A DNA stretch of 61,567 nt, filler included. It is 10 parts of 10 records of this genome, joined end to end, with 100 filler letters (N's around TTAATTAATTAA, not from the genome) between each part and the next. Parts side by side here need not be neighbours in the genome. Positions count along the whole stretch, not along the records: positions 1 to 13,316 come from SRR7504441_510; positions 13,417 to 16,430 come from SRR7504441_511; positions 16,531 to 20,354 come from SRR7504441_512; positions 20,455 to 26,990 come from SRR7504441_517; 6 more parts are not named here. One strand, 5' to 3'. Shown here piece by piece: positions 12,188 to 22,870 of the stretch; the stretch's first letter is position 1, and every line of letters begins with the position of its first letter. The notes beneath the pieces were generated by a model. The model saw only the letters and a program-made list of their open reading frames with translations, was not told the origin of the DNA and did no database searches. The translations under genes and the position numbers were made by a program.

Positions 12188-13024
12188 ATGGACAGCGGGA
12201 TGGACGACTCGGAGCTGTGGGGCCTGAGCGTGGAGCAGCTGTTCAAGCTGGCGGTCCACGCCCAGCGTGCGGCCCAAGCCGGCTCGCCCCTCAACTCGCC
12301 CCGGCCGCCGGGCACCCCGGCCGACATGGACGGCCTGCGCAGGCAAGTCGCCGAGCTCCGGAGCCAACTGCAGCAGGCCCAAGGGGAGAGCGCCGGGCGC
12401 CGGGCGCTCGGGCAAGCGATTGAGGAGGCGGCTCGCCTGCAGGCCGATAAGGACCGACTGGAAGCCAGGCTGAGCCAGACGGAGGAGGACAACAAGCTGT
12501 GGCAGGCTCAGATAGACCAAAAGATCGCGGCCACTGTAAACGCGATCCAGCTGGAGACTCAAGAGCTGGAGGCCCAGAACTTGGAGCTGAGAGACAAGCT
12601 GGAGGTGGCGGAGCAGGCTGGGTTGGCTGCAGAGGGTGAGCTTGTGGATCTGAGGCGGAGGGTCGTCCATCTCGAGTCGCAGCTGGAGGCCGGTCAGCAA
12701 ACACAGGGCGGGGTCGGGGCGCTCGAGGCGATGGGCTCCTCACCAGCCCAGCTCAAGGAGGCGGTTGCGACTCTTGAAGCTCAACTTGAGAGGGTTAGGG
12801 CTGAACTGCTTGGGCACGAAGCCGAGCACCTTGCACTGGAGAGGAGCGAGCTAGAGCACAAGGTGGCGCGGGCCGATGGTGTTAAGTGCCAGCTGCAGGC
12901 CAGCGAGGGCGCAGTGGGCGCGATCAGGGCCCAGGCCGAGCAGGGGATTGCGATGGCGGGGCGGGGCGGTGAGAAGCTCAAGAAATCAATTGCTGACCTG
13001 GAGCTGCTGCTTGACCGGGCTTGA
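12188..13024 (+). CDS. Coiled-coil protein
   Basis: Open frame with E/L/Q/A heptad composition; may continue via further exons. Confidence 0.65.
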   Translation: MDSGMDDSELWGLSVEQLFKLAVHAQRAAQAGSPLNSPRPPGTPADMDGLRRQVAELRSQLQQAQGESAGRRALGQAIEEAARLQADKDRLEARLSQTEEDNKLWQAQIDQKIAATVNAIQLETQELEAQNLELRDKLEVAEQAGLAAEGELVDLRRRVVHLESQLEAGQQTQGGVGALEAMGSSPAQLKEAVATLEAQLERVRAELLGHEAEHLALERSELEHKVARADGVKCQLQASEGAVGAIRAQAEQGIAMAGRGGEKLKKSIADLELLLDRA

Positions 13025-13316
13025 GCAACCGGCACAGCGTTGGCCACCGACAGGGCCAAGAACAACGGTCCCAGTCTTGCAGATAGGCCAAGGAAGACAG
13101 GTGCCAGTCAGGGAGTTTGTGCCTTCACTCGACTCACCGGGCACCGCTGATACTTGTGTGCTCGTTGCAAGCAGGAGTGCCTGCTGCGTGGCTGCTCTGT
13201 GGCGGCACTGCGCCTTGGGTGGGGAGTGGGGACTGCTCCGATGTGACCAGGAGCGTGTAACTACACGGAATCACGTATCGCCGAACCGGGCCCCGGCTAG
13301 CCCACGATATCTAGGC

Positions 13317-13416
13317 NNNNNNNNNNNNNNNNNNNNNNNNNNNNNNNNNNNNNNNNNNNNTTAATTAATTAANNNNNNNNNNNNNNNNNNNNNNNNNNNN
13401 NNNNNNNNNNNNNNNN
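13317..13416. other. Artificial contig-joining spacer
   Basis: N-run, TTAATTAATTAA (stops in all six frames), N-run; 100 nt. Confidence 0.98.
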
Positions 13417-13590
13417 GCCACGGCCGGCCAGCAGCAGCATCGAGCCGGCCACGAACCCGGACCCGAGTAGGCTCATCAGACATCAGCGCTCGAGCGCACC
13501 TGTCCTTACTCATGTTCATGATCATTGATGATTTGCCGTTGTTTTCGAATGGTGGAGGAGCACTTTTGAAGTGAGACGACAAGAGAGAGC

Positions 13591-16232
13591 ATGCCAGGCT
13601 TCGCCAACAGCGGGGCTGAGCTGGAGCGGTCGTTCAACCAGGCGGCGATGGAGCGTTCCCCGCCCGGGGCCACCAAGGACCCGGGCGGCATGAGCCTCGA
13701 GTACATGACCAAGGAGCAGCTCGATGAGTTCATATCGCGCAACCCAGACCTCGGGCTGTCCGAGCAAGAGGTCTCCTACCTGTACATCCGGCGGCGGCGG
13801 CTCTCGGTGGACCGCGCCCAGCAGCACGGCCTGCCGGTCAGTCTGGACGCCGGGGAAGCCGGCCCAAGCGCCCAGGTGCTCCCACCGGGCGAGGCCATCC
13901 CGTTTAAAATCACAGTGCTGGGGGACGAGCGCTGCTCGGGGCACGTCGATATGATCAACCTGTTCCAGACCGGCGCCCAGCAGACCTCCGCGCTTCCGCT
14001 GAGCATCATCCGGAAAACCATCCTGATGAGCGACGAGAGCGAGGCCGGCGAGGTGGCGGTGCTCGAGATCTGGACCCCGCCGTGCGAGCAGGAGTACCGG
14101 ACCCTCCGGCCGCTGCACTACGCCGCCACCGATCTGTTCGTGCTGGTGTTCAGTGTGACTGAGCCGGACTCGCTGCAGTACGTGCATGAGCTGCTCGACG
14201 CAGAAGTCAAGGCCTACCAGAAGACCGTACCACACAGGACCATCCCTGTCGTGCTGGTCGGCAACTACGCCGAGAAGCGCGTGGAGGGCAGCGGGGCTGG
14301 TTCGGGGAACCTGGTGTCTGCTCAGTCGGCGATCCACACGGCGCAGCAGTGTGGGTTTCTCAAATATATCGAAGTCCACTCGTACAATGTGTCGCACATC
14401 AACGAGGTCTTCCGGCAGTGCGTGCGGGCGATCGGGACTTCTCGCAGCAGCAACGTGCAGATGGGCCACCAGGAGTACGACAGGGAGTACCTCAAGGAGC
14501 ACCAGGTGCCGGGCTGGGTCTGCGAGAGTGTGAGCTGGCCGCAGGTGCTCTCTAGCCATGTCACCCAGGCGGCCCCATCAGGGCACTTCGACCCCCTCAC
14601 CGGCACCTTCAGCTTCGATGTGCCCCCGGGCGTGGCGGTGCTCTACACGCTGGACGACTCTGGTCTGCGTGCGTGCTGTGCTGGGTTGACTGGGTTTGCA
14701 GAGCCGAGCCGAGCGAGCATGAGGTACACAGAACCGCTCCAGCTGACAAAGCCATACCCGCGGTGCATCCGCGCTATCGCACTCTGCCGTGGTCGAGCCA
14801 TTTCGCTGATTGCCACTATTGAGCTGAGCACCGAAACTGTGAGCCGGCAGGCTGCCCGGCAGAGTCTGATCGTTGTGTGCCAGGCTGGTCACCAGGCACA
14901 CTTTGACGTGATTAACCGACGATTTGTGATCGACGGCGCTGGAGACGCGCAGTACTTTTACACGCTCGACGGCACTGCGCCTGACCCAATCACAGCACTG
15001 CCTTACTCGGGTCCAGTCGAGGTGCATGCACCGGCCTTAAGTCGGCGTGCTTACTTGTGGCTGGTCAGATGCCGCTCAACGAGCACCCGCAGCATGGCGA
15101 CCGGCTTCGACTGCTGGCCCAGCGCGGCTCCGGGCTGCAGGCCTCCGCGTTCGACGTCCCCATGTGGCTGCCGCCGCCCCAGGTATCGCTGGACGATGGG
15201 ATGCTCCGGATCTCGCCCACGGTGCCGTCGACTATGCAGGACATGGTGCAATATCGATACACCACGGACGGCTCCACGCCCACGATCCACTCTGAGCTCT
15301 ACACCCAGCCGGTGGTGTTCACTCAGCCACTGCCCCAACAGGTGACTGTGGTGGCATTCCCGCTGCTCATGTTTCCTTCGACCCCAGTGGAGGTGCAGTG
15401 GGGCGAGGCCATCGGATCCTATGGGGCCGGCGCTTCGCGTCTGGCAAACTCGCCACCAGGGGCACAGCAGGGCCCTACACAAGCCCAGGCAGCCCAGATG
15501 GCCGCTGCCGAGGCATTGGCAGCACACCAGGCTGCGGAGGCCGAGCGGGAGCAGCTTGAGGCAGCCCAGGCGGCAGAGGCTGCAGGGGCCGGGGCGTACC
15601 CGGTTACAACGCAGCAGCAGAGTCCTCAAGAGCCTCTGGAGCAGAGGTGGGAGGCAGGGCCACAGCCAGGGCAGTGGCAGCCGAGCGCTGGCCCACCTCA
15701 GGAGAATGTCTGGCAGCCTGTTGATCGGACCGGAGCAGACAAGCTGTTTGACCAGATCGATACCAACCACGACGGCGTGATTGACCGGAGTGAGTTCGTT
15801 CAAGGGATGCCACAGCCGCTCTCCGCTCGGAGTGAGCACCCGATCCAGTGGTCATCCACGGCTGCACGAGAGGGCCGCTCGGCCTCGCTCGAGTACATGG
15901 CCAAGACATTCACTGACGGGAACACAGTCACGTTCACGTTCGAGGCGCCCGTGTGCATAGAGCGGCTCACGATCACCACGCCTGGCAACGGGCAGGGCCC
16001 GGCTGCGTACTCCTGTGCTGTAACTCAGACGGTGAGGGGCTCGAACGGTCAGCTGGAGCACAGGGCTGCACATTTGTGCGACGGCGCGCTCCAGGACGTG
16101 GAGGGCGAGCAAGATCTGGAGGTGGCCGAGGTGGGCGACTCGAGCTGTATCAGCCTGCAGTGCGAATTCTTTCCGATGGCGGGCACCTCCACGTTCAAGG
16201 TATTGCAATTCCACATCTTCGGCTCGTATTGA
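13591..16232 (+). CDS. Rho-like pseudo-GTPase domain + three Fn3-associated (CHB_HEX_C-like) repeats + EF-hand
   Basis: Rho-like FKITVLGD..LEIWTPPCEQEYRTLRPLHYAATDLFVLVFSV..PVVLVGN; repeats YTLDDSEP, YTLDGTAP, YTTDGSTP; EF-hand DTNHDGVIDRSE. Introns 14506-14544, 14663-14701, 14839-14883, 15022-15068. Confidence 0.8.
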
Positions 16233-16430
16233 CCGAGGGCCTGCGAGTTGTCGGACTTGTGCACATGGCTACTGTATTGCATGGCGGCCCCATGCCGACA
16301 CAGTGCTTGATTCAAGAGCTCTCAGTACTCGTAAATTTAATCCAGCTAATTAAAAGACCCAATAAAGCTATACAGTGAACTAATAGATGGATGCGCCGCA
16401 CATTTGATGGAAGTGAACCATAATCCAAGA

Positions 16431-16530
16431 NNNNNNNNNNNNNNNNNNNNNNNNNNNNNNNNNNNNNNNNNNNNTTAATTAATTAANNNNNNNNNNNNNN
16501 NNNNNNNNNNNNNNNNNNNNNNNNNNNNNN
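16431..16530. other. Artificial contig-joining spacer
   Basis: N/TTAATTAATTAA/N, 100 nt. Confidence 0.98.
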
Positions 16531-16532
16531 AG

Positions 16533-17557
16533 TTTGCCCAGTCGCTGGGGCTGGCTGGTAGGAAGGAGTGGCGTGAATGGTGCAAGAGCGGTTTACGGCC
16601 AGCCGACATTCCGTCCCATCCCGACAGAGTGTACGCAGGACAGGGCTGGCAGGGCTGGAAGCACTGGTTGGGCAATACACGCAACAAGTGCAAGTGCTGC
16701 GGGGCGGTGGGGTTTACAATGTCGACCTGCGGCCGAGGCGAGCACATATGCCTAGTCGGGAAGCACGGCCTCGGCCTGGGATACCCTCCTCCCCAGAAGC
16801 CGCACAAGCCGACAGGAAAGCCTCGCAAGCGTACCAAGCCCAAGACAGGAAAGCCTCCCACAATGATATTCCCCCAAACGACAGGAAAAGGTAAGAAGGA
16901 ATTCTGCTCGTACTGCACGAAGCGCTGGGCGAAGTGCAACGGCTGCGATGGCAAGGGGAACCGTGTGAGCAGGTCACACACTTACCTCAAGGGGGGTAAC
17001 ATGTATTACTTACCGCGCAGCGACGGGACTTGGGAAACGCACAGTTACTTCGTGCTATTCAAGCACATGTGGAGCAGACTGCATAATAAAAAGCATCAGG
17101 GCGGATTGCATGGCTTCCCGCCGATGAATGGCAATCCCCCGGGCGGCATCAGACAGCTCATACTGGAAGCTTGGGAGGAATCTTGGATGAATCCACTGTG
17201 AGCTGCCCTGCTAGCTGTGCTGAACTGCGTGCCAGGTGCGACAAGTTTAATCAAAAACGAGCCGTCGAGCTGCTGCAAAAGTGGAGAAAGGAAGAACCTG
17301 ATCTGTTGGCGATTGAACCGCCGCGCAAGAGGAAGAGGCCCGTTTGCGAGGCCGTGCCAGCGGATGAGCCGGATGATGTCGTGTTTCGGTTGGAGGTACG
17401 GGACATCTTGAAGCGTCTAGGCCTCCGGAGGAACGAGGTGACGTACAAGCAAATGAGGCAACGGGTGGAGGATCGGCTCAAGAGGCAGATTACAGGCGAT
17501 GCCAAGCAAGTTCTCAAGGACATTATACGTGAGGAGTTCTTGTCCATAGCAACATGA
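16533..17557 (+). CDS. 5'-truncated protein with a phage-integrase-repeat-like unit, CxxC pairs and a DEK_C-like C-terminal domain
   Basis: FAQSLGLAGRKEWREWCKSGLRPADIPSHPDRVYAGQGWQGWKHWLG at the contig start; one 38-nt GT-AG intron near 17198; C-terminal EVRDILKR..VTYKQMRQRVEDRL..KQVLKDIIREEF. Confidence 0.7.
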
Positions 17558-17735
17558 TGTTTTCAATTTACATGACGAGTACTAATCCGCTTACATACGA
17601 GTACGAGTACCAATACAACGTAATTATGCGAGTAATTAACCGGTCGATGAAGAACAATGATAATGATAGGAATGTATAGATTAGTTTACAGCGCTCCCTA
17701 GCCGCTGCTCTCTACAGAGCGGCTCACAGCACTAC

Positions 17736-18554
17736 TTACAGAGTTCCAGCCACCATATTTGCGGTTCCTCCAACCTCGCCGGAGGCGCCTCCAATCCCGT
17801 GCAGCCCTGTAGTCCTGTAGAAAGTCTTTCGTATCAGCGGCTTGATCGCGTACTTGGAAATCTCCTTAAACTTGGTCACCTCCAGGTGCCCCCAGCCCAC
17901 TTTGAGCGAGGACAGGTGGGTCCTAGACGGCCCTAGCATCTTCATCTCCTCTACCGGTCGCCCCGTGTAGAACCGATCCCTGTGCTGCGCGAACGAAAAC
18001 TCCGTGTTGGCGTTTCGGCCGATATCAAACAGCTTGTCTGGCCCGGCCTTCACGTCCTCGCTGTCCGTCTCCAGCTTGCCCTCCATAAACTTGCGAGAGC
18101 GGTCGGGCATCAGCGCCTGGGTGACATCGTAAGTGGACGGCTTGGCCTGCTTCATGATGTTCTGCTCAGTGTCGATCTGCCCCTTGTACTGGATGCACCG
18201 AATATGGTTGGTGAATTCGCCCCGCCGGTTCGCGTCGCTCGACATGAACGCGATCCGGCCCCGCTTGTCGTCTCGGGTCTGGTTGAGTGCGATCTTCTTG
18301 GGCAGCGCGTCGCCGTACTTTTCGCCCTTGGCCAACCACGGGTGCTCTTGGACGAAGTAGACAGAATTTGGCCCGGCTGGGTAGTTCCCCAGCTTTGACG
18401 GGTTGGTGCTGAAGCTTTTGCCGACCATCCGGCTCCATTGCTTGAGCGGCTTGACGTACGAGTCGCCTATCGTGGTGAAGCTCGGGGCCGAGAAGACGCC
18501 CTTGTGGATCTCGACCCCGCGGTTGGATTGCAGGCCCTTGCTGATGACCACCAT
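17736..18554 (-). CDS. CFAP96/C4orf47-like ciliary protein
   Basis: Intronless 272-aa ORF; N-terminal GVFSAPSFTTIGDSY..YF..GEKY resembles the CFAP96 family N-terminus as I recall it. Confidence 0.55.
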   Translation of the reverse strand: MVVISKGLQSNRGVEIHKGVFSAPSFTTIGDSYVKPLKQWSRMVGKSFSTNPSKLGNYPAGPNSVYFVQEHPWLAKGEKYGDALPKKIALNQTRDDKRGRIAFMSSDANRRGEFTNHIRCIQYKGQIDTEQNIMKQAKPSTYDVTQALMPDRSRKFMEGKLETDSEDVKAGPDKLFDIGRNANTEFSFAQHRDRFYTGRPVEEMKMLGPSRTHLSSLKVGWGHLEVTKFKEISKYAIKPLIRKTFYRTTGLHGIGGASGEVGGTANMVAGTL

Positions 18555-18678
18555 CCCGGACGCTCCAGCAACCCGGCCCGCCTCCCAGACGACGCCCTAG
18601 CCCGCGCCACAACGCTGTGGCCCGCCTATTGATAGCTTTTCAGTTCCGTTTTCAGACCGTTATTTTCTATCTCGTGTC

Positions 18679-19851
18679 ATGGAAGAAGGCCTCGGGCGGC
18701 TGAAGGAACACTTGCTGCGTAAGTGCCTCTGCGAGCTCGGGCCGTGCGGGCTGAACCGGCCGGCGCTCTGTTGCCACGGCTGGCGCGAGCAGATTTGGAG
18801 CATCCCCCGGCAGCTGATCAGGATGGGGGCCGAGCAATTGGCCCGGGCCGAGGCCACCGTGGCGAGCGGCGCGTTGTTGCTCTTCAAGGGGTCAAACGCC
18901 ATCACCTTCAGGGCGGTCGGAGCGGGCAGACTGGCGGCGCTGCTCCCGGGCTCGGGGGTCGCCGAGCTGCGATTGTACCACTGCGGACTCAGGATTGAAG
19001 GGGTTGAATTACTGGCGGCGGCCATCCCGCACTGCACGGGCCTGATGGTGCTCGATCTCGGCGGCAACTTCATTGGAGCTCAGGGCGCGGTCGCGCTGTC
19101 AGCCGCCCTGCCCAGCTGTCCCGACCTCATTGAGCTTCTGGTTAGTAATAACAGCATTCAGGATGGCGGTATTAAAGCATTGGCGGCTGTTTTGCCGGAC
19201 GTGGGGCTGAGAAAACTCGACCTCAGTGGCAACAGCATCGGTCCAGAGGGCGCGAGGCAGCTGGCGGCGGCCCTGCGCAGCTGCGTTGGCCTCGGCGTCC
19301 TCACCCTCAACAACAACAAGCTGCGTGCAGAGGGCGCGGTCACGCTGGCAGCCGCTCTGCCGAGCTGTGCAGCCCTCACTGAGCTTCGTCTGAGCGCCAA
19401 TGACATCGGCACCGAAGGGACGGTGGCATTAGCAGCGGTTCTGCCGAGCTGTCCCGCCTTGAGAGAGCTTCACCTCCGCGCCAATGGTATTGCCGACGGG
19501 GCAGCGCTGGCAGCGGTTATGCCAAGTTGCGTGGGTCTCACTGTTCTGAGTCTTGGCGCAAACAACATCGGCGCCACCAACATCGCGGCCGCTCTGCCGA
19601 GTTGTGCTGCCCTCACTGAGCTTCGCCTAAGCTCTAATAACATCGGTGCAGAGGGCGCTGTTGCACTGGCAGCTGCTCTGCCGGACTGTGCCGCCCTCAC
19701 TCTCCTTGACCTCAGTAAGAACGATATGGGCGACAAAGGAGCTACGGCATTGGTGGCAGCCCTACCGAGCTGCGTTGCCCTCACTGAGCTCCACCTGTAC
19801 GGCAATGGCATCTCTCAAAGGCTTCAACGTCACGATTTGATTCGGGCGTGA
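18679..19851 (+). CDS. Ribonuclease-inhibitor-type LRR protein (NLRC3-like repeats)
   Basis: About ten ~28-aa repeats LxxLxLxxNxIGxxGAxALAAAL in an intronless 390-aa ORF. Confidence 0.9.
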   Translation: MEEGLGRLKEHLLRKCLCELGPCGLNRPALCCHGWREQIWSIPRQLIRMGAEQLARAEATVASGALLLFKGSNAITFRAVGAGRLAALLPGSGVAELRLYHCGLRIEGVELLAAAIPHCTGLMVLDLGGNFIGAQGAVALSAALPSCPDLIELLVSNNSIQDGGIKALAAVLPDVGLRKLDLSGNSIGPEGARQLAAALRSCVGLGVLTLNNNKLRAEGAVTLAAALPSCAALTELRLSANDIGTEGTVALAAVLPSCPALRELHLRANGIADGAALAAVMPSCVGLTVLSLGANNIGATNIAAALPSCAALTELRLSSNNIGAEGAVALAAALPDCAALTLLDLSKNDMGDKGATALVAALPSCVALTELHLYGNGISQRLQRHDLIRA

Positions 19852-20018
19852 TTGTTGGAAGATGTGACCGGATCTCGATCCAAAGTTACGACTTCAAGCA
19901 AATGATTATTTGTTTGATTAAAAACGATTCATCACCAATGAAGCCGAGGGCTCATGACACTTTTTTACCTTAGTAATTAGTTCATTTTGATTCTGCCGTG
20001 CTAAGCTTGTACGAAGAA

Positions 20019-20354
20019 TCAATTATTAGTGTTGAGCAGTGCATCTACCTGGCGTCGTGCCCGCTGCTCATTCATTCGGCTTTTTTTGAGCTTACTAGAC
20101 AGATCGGAGGCCGGTGGGGACAGTGGCGTCGTCCTTCTCCTTTCAGTAATGCGTTGCGGGGACGTCTCTTGCTTGTTGGCTTGGCGGAGCTCAGGGAGTG
20201 GAGCAACAGCTTCGTGCTCTGCCTGAGCAGATTGAAGACCACTCCGTTCATATCGCTGGTAGTGCGCGTAACCCGCCTGTGAGAACAGATGAGCGAGTGC
20301 CTAGCGCTAGGCCGCACCTTAAGTCGCCGCCAATGCTGAAGCGTGGCAAGCAGC
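20019..20354 (-). CDS. 3' end of a gene truncated by the contig edge
   Basis: Open minus frame ..ERSGLQSAQAEHEAVAPLPELRQ..LKKSRMNEQRARRQVDALLNTNN* ending at an AT-rich spacer. Confidence 0.4.
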
Positions 20355-20454
20355 NNNNNNNNNNNNNNNNNNNNNNNNNNNNNNNNNNNNNNNNNNNNTT
20401 AATTAATTAANNNNNNNNNNNNNNNNNNNNNNNNNNNNNNNNNNNNNNNNNNNN
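20355..20454. other. Artificial contig-joining spacer
   Basis: N/TTAATTAATTAA/N, 100 nt. Confidence 0.98.
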
Positions 20455-21317
20455 GAGTCTGTGGGAGCGGCCGGCAGGTGATTGGAGGCCACTCTCACAG
20501 GAGGGCGGCGAGCCGGCTGGACTGGCGGGCACACGTATTCGAGCCGGGCAACTACCTGAACACGATCGGACTGGTCTCCTTCAACTTGCCCACCGACCGG
20601 AACAGCACTGTGCAATTCAAGGCTGTCGAGCTCGACAGCAACACAGCCGAGCTAGCCGGGGCGCTCGGGCTGCCTCCGGCCGGGCTGGCCACCCGGGCCG
20701 GGGCTGGGCTGGATCGGGAGGTGCTGGCGGCGCGCCGGTCGCTCGGACTGACTCAGGAGCTGGGCTGGCTAAACCGAACGTACGTGGGGGACCAATTGCT
20801 CTGGCTCTACACGCAGCGTATGGTGCCAGAGCAGCTGTTTGGACAGAATCGGTCGCGCTGGCTGATCCAGTCCACCGGTGCCTTCCGTTACGGGCTGTAT
20901 CGGGGCAACCTCACTGTGGATGACGTGTTCAAAATGCTCCCGTTCCAGGATCGGTTCTTCACTGTGCCCCGACTGACCGGTCAACCACTGGCCGCAGGGC
21001 CTGGCTAATGCTCCGGGGCAGGCGCGGTGCTAGCGGCGCTATATGTACACTTAAACAAGCAGCCGCCGCCGCTTGCCCGGTCCGGGGTGCCTACCTCCGA
21101 GCCGTACTTTGCCGCCACGGACGCGGCCCCGGCCCCACGCGGACTGTTCGACTTGGTCGGGGTCTCGTTCGACCAACCACTGGTGCTGGCCGGGCTGGCC
21201 ACTGTACTGAACGGCACGAGACCTGCCGAGCAGTTCGCGCCTGGACTGACCGACACGCTGATGGTGCAGCAGTGGGCGCGCCGCTTCCTGCCCCAGTCCG
21301 CCGGTCCGCACTTATAA
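20455..21317 (+). CDS. 5'-nucleotidase/metallophosphoesterase family, C-terminal part (5'-truncated)
   Basis: IGGHSH metal-ligand motif and STGAFRYGLYRGNLTVDDVFKMLPFQD (5'-NT C-domain); a 42-nt GT-AG intron joins the two ORFs. Confidence 0.75.
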
Positions 21318-21417
21318 CCGAAACATACATCACTCATCTAGGTTATGTGGTTCCGTATGCATTCATTCGGGAGATCGAGCTTGCTAAGGCCACCTAACCT
21401 TTCATTGATAAGAACTC

Positions 21418-22206
21418 CTATGAACTTGTCTTGTACGTAATACTCGTAGCCCCAGTACACATTTGATATTGCTCCCAGGAAGCGGGCAATTCCGACAGCT
21501 CCAAGTGCTCGGCTACCGTTGCCCCGACTGTTGGCTCGACAGCAAGATACTCCATGTTGTCGGGTCTACTTCGGTAGCCCCGCGAGTCCTTGCCTCGTAG
21601 CACGCCCCCGTGCGCAAAGTCTATATTGCAATACAATGCCCCAAAAGCCCCACGAATACACTCTATCAGCGGCTGCGGCGGATCGACCGTCATGTTTGCA
21701 CCGGCACACGCGTGCAGCCTGACGTGACTACGCGTCACGAGTTGCCGCGCAAGCAGGCAGCACAGCGGTGCATTGAACGCTGCCCTCGCCTGCACTGCCA
21801 GCACCGTTTCTTCCACCAGCGCGCGCTCGGCACACAAGGCCTCGCAATCGAGCGGTGGGGCCGGCAGCGTCAGGCACCACACCCAGCTCGCGTCCGGCGG
21901 CGGCAACTGCGAGCCCAACCGCCGTTGGTTCAGTTGCTGCAAGCCGCGCCACGCCTCGCTCTCGCTCAGCGCCAGGCTCCATGCCCGGCAGATGCCGCAG
22001 CACGCCTGGGCGCGGCGCGGCTCCAGCCAGCGCACGATGTCCTCCACCAGCCCCGCCGGCAGCAACGGGGGCGAGAACCCAGCCCCCCCGAAGCCGCCGA
22101 TCCGGACTCGGCGCCCTGGGGCCCTCGCTTGGCCTGCCGACGCGCCTCGGCCGCCCTCAGGCCCCGCCCCAGCGCACCGGCTCCTCCGACGGCTCCGCCG
22201 GCCCAT
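21418..22206 (-). CDS. F-box protein
   Basis: LLPAGLVEDIVRWLE..ACCGICRAWSLALSESEAW F-box pattern. Confidence 0.65.
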   Translation of the reverse strand: MGRRSRRRSRCAGAGPEGGRGASAGQARAPGRRVRIGGFGGAGFSPPLLPAGLVEDIVRWLEPRRAQACCGICRAWSLALSESEAWRGLQQLNQRRLGSQLPPPDASWVWCLTLPAPPLDCEALCAERALVEETVLAVQARAAFNAPLCCLLARQLVTRSHVRLHACAGANMTVDPPQPLIECIRGAFGALYCNIDFAHGGVLRGKDSRGYRSRPDNMEYLAVEPTVGATVAEHLELSELPASWEQYQMCTGATSITYKTSS

Positions 22207-22277
22207 CGTTTTTGTGTGAGATCGTTGTGCGGCCGAAATCGGAGCTGATCCTCAACAAGGGGGATTGGTATCTCGCG

Positions 22278-22680
22278 ATGCGGGCGGGGCTGCTGTGGGC
22301 GTCGGTGATCCCGGTGCTGGCGGCCGGGCTGGCGGCGGTGGACCTGTCGGAGCCGGCGGAGCTCGGGGCGGCTGGGGCGGGCGGGCGGCAGTTCGGGACT
22401 GTAGAGCAAGCCTGCGCCTGCTGCGTGGTGTTCGAGAAGCAGGCCGCCGAGTGCTACTGGGTGCCCCGCCAGCCCGGGCCGGCTGAGTAGCCGGGGGCAG
22501 CTCGGGTGCACCAGCGGGGTGCAGCAATACTGCTTCAGCGCCAAGCAAAAGCCGGGCGCCACCGCATGCTCGGCCGACCAGAAGAAGGCCCGGTGCATGC
22601 TGCCCTGCCTCAACAACAACACCTGCTCCCGACTCGGGAACGCGCCCACCAGCTCGCTCGCGCCCACCCCAGGCCCGTGA
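22278..22680 (+). CDS. Small secreted Cys-rich protein
   Basis: Signal peptide MRAGLLWASVIPVLAAGLAA; CACC..CYW|LGC..YC..C..C..C..C across a 40-nt GT-AG intron; 3' end uncertain. Confidence 0.55.
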
Positions 22681-22870
22681 GCCGCGGTCTGGCCGGCCGC
22701 ATGGGTCGGACGAGGGTCGGACGGGCTTCGGAGGCGCGATCAGGGCATACAAAATGATATTGGAGCGGGCGGCGAGGGCCTGTGTGATGCATTCATTAGA
22801 AAAGGTGGCTAGATCATAGTCCCATGGTTATAGCGTCCTATTTATACAGTAATTCTACAGCCCAGTGGTA

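Noticed and set aside
3740-13060. Possible GG-AG introns (UBZ junction near 3740-3797 and after ..LLLDR near 13018-13053)
   Set aside because: Alternative GT/GC-AG solutions or a real stop codon explain both; there is no conserved protein sequence to fix the junctions.
19060-19810. ~84-nt periodic DNA repeats resembling an array
   Set aside because: These are coding LRR units, not a CRISPR array or satellite.
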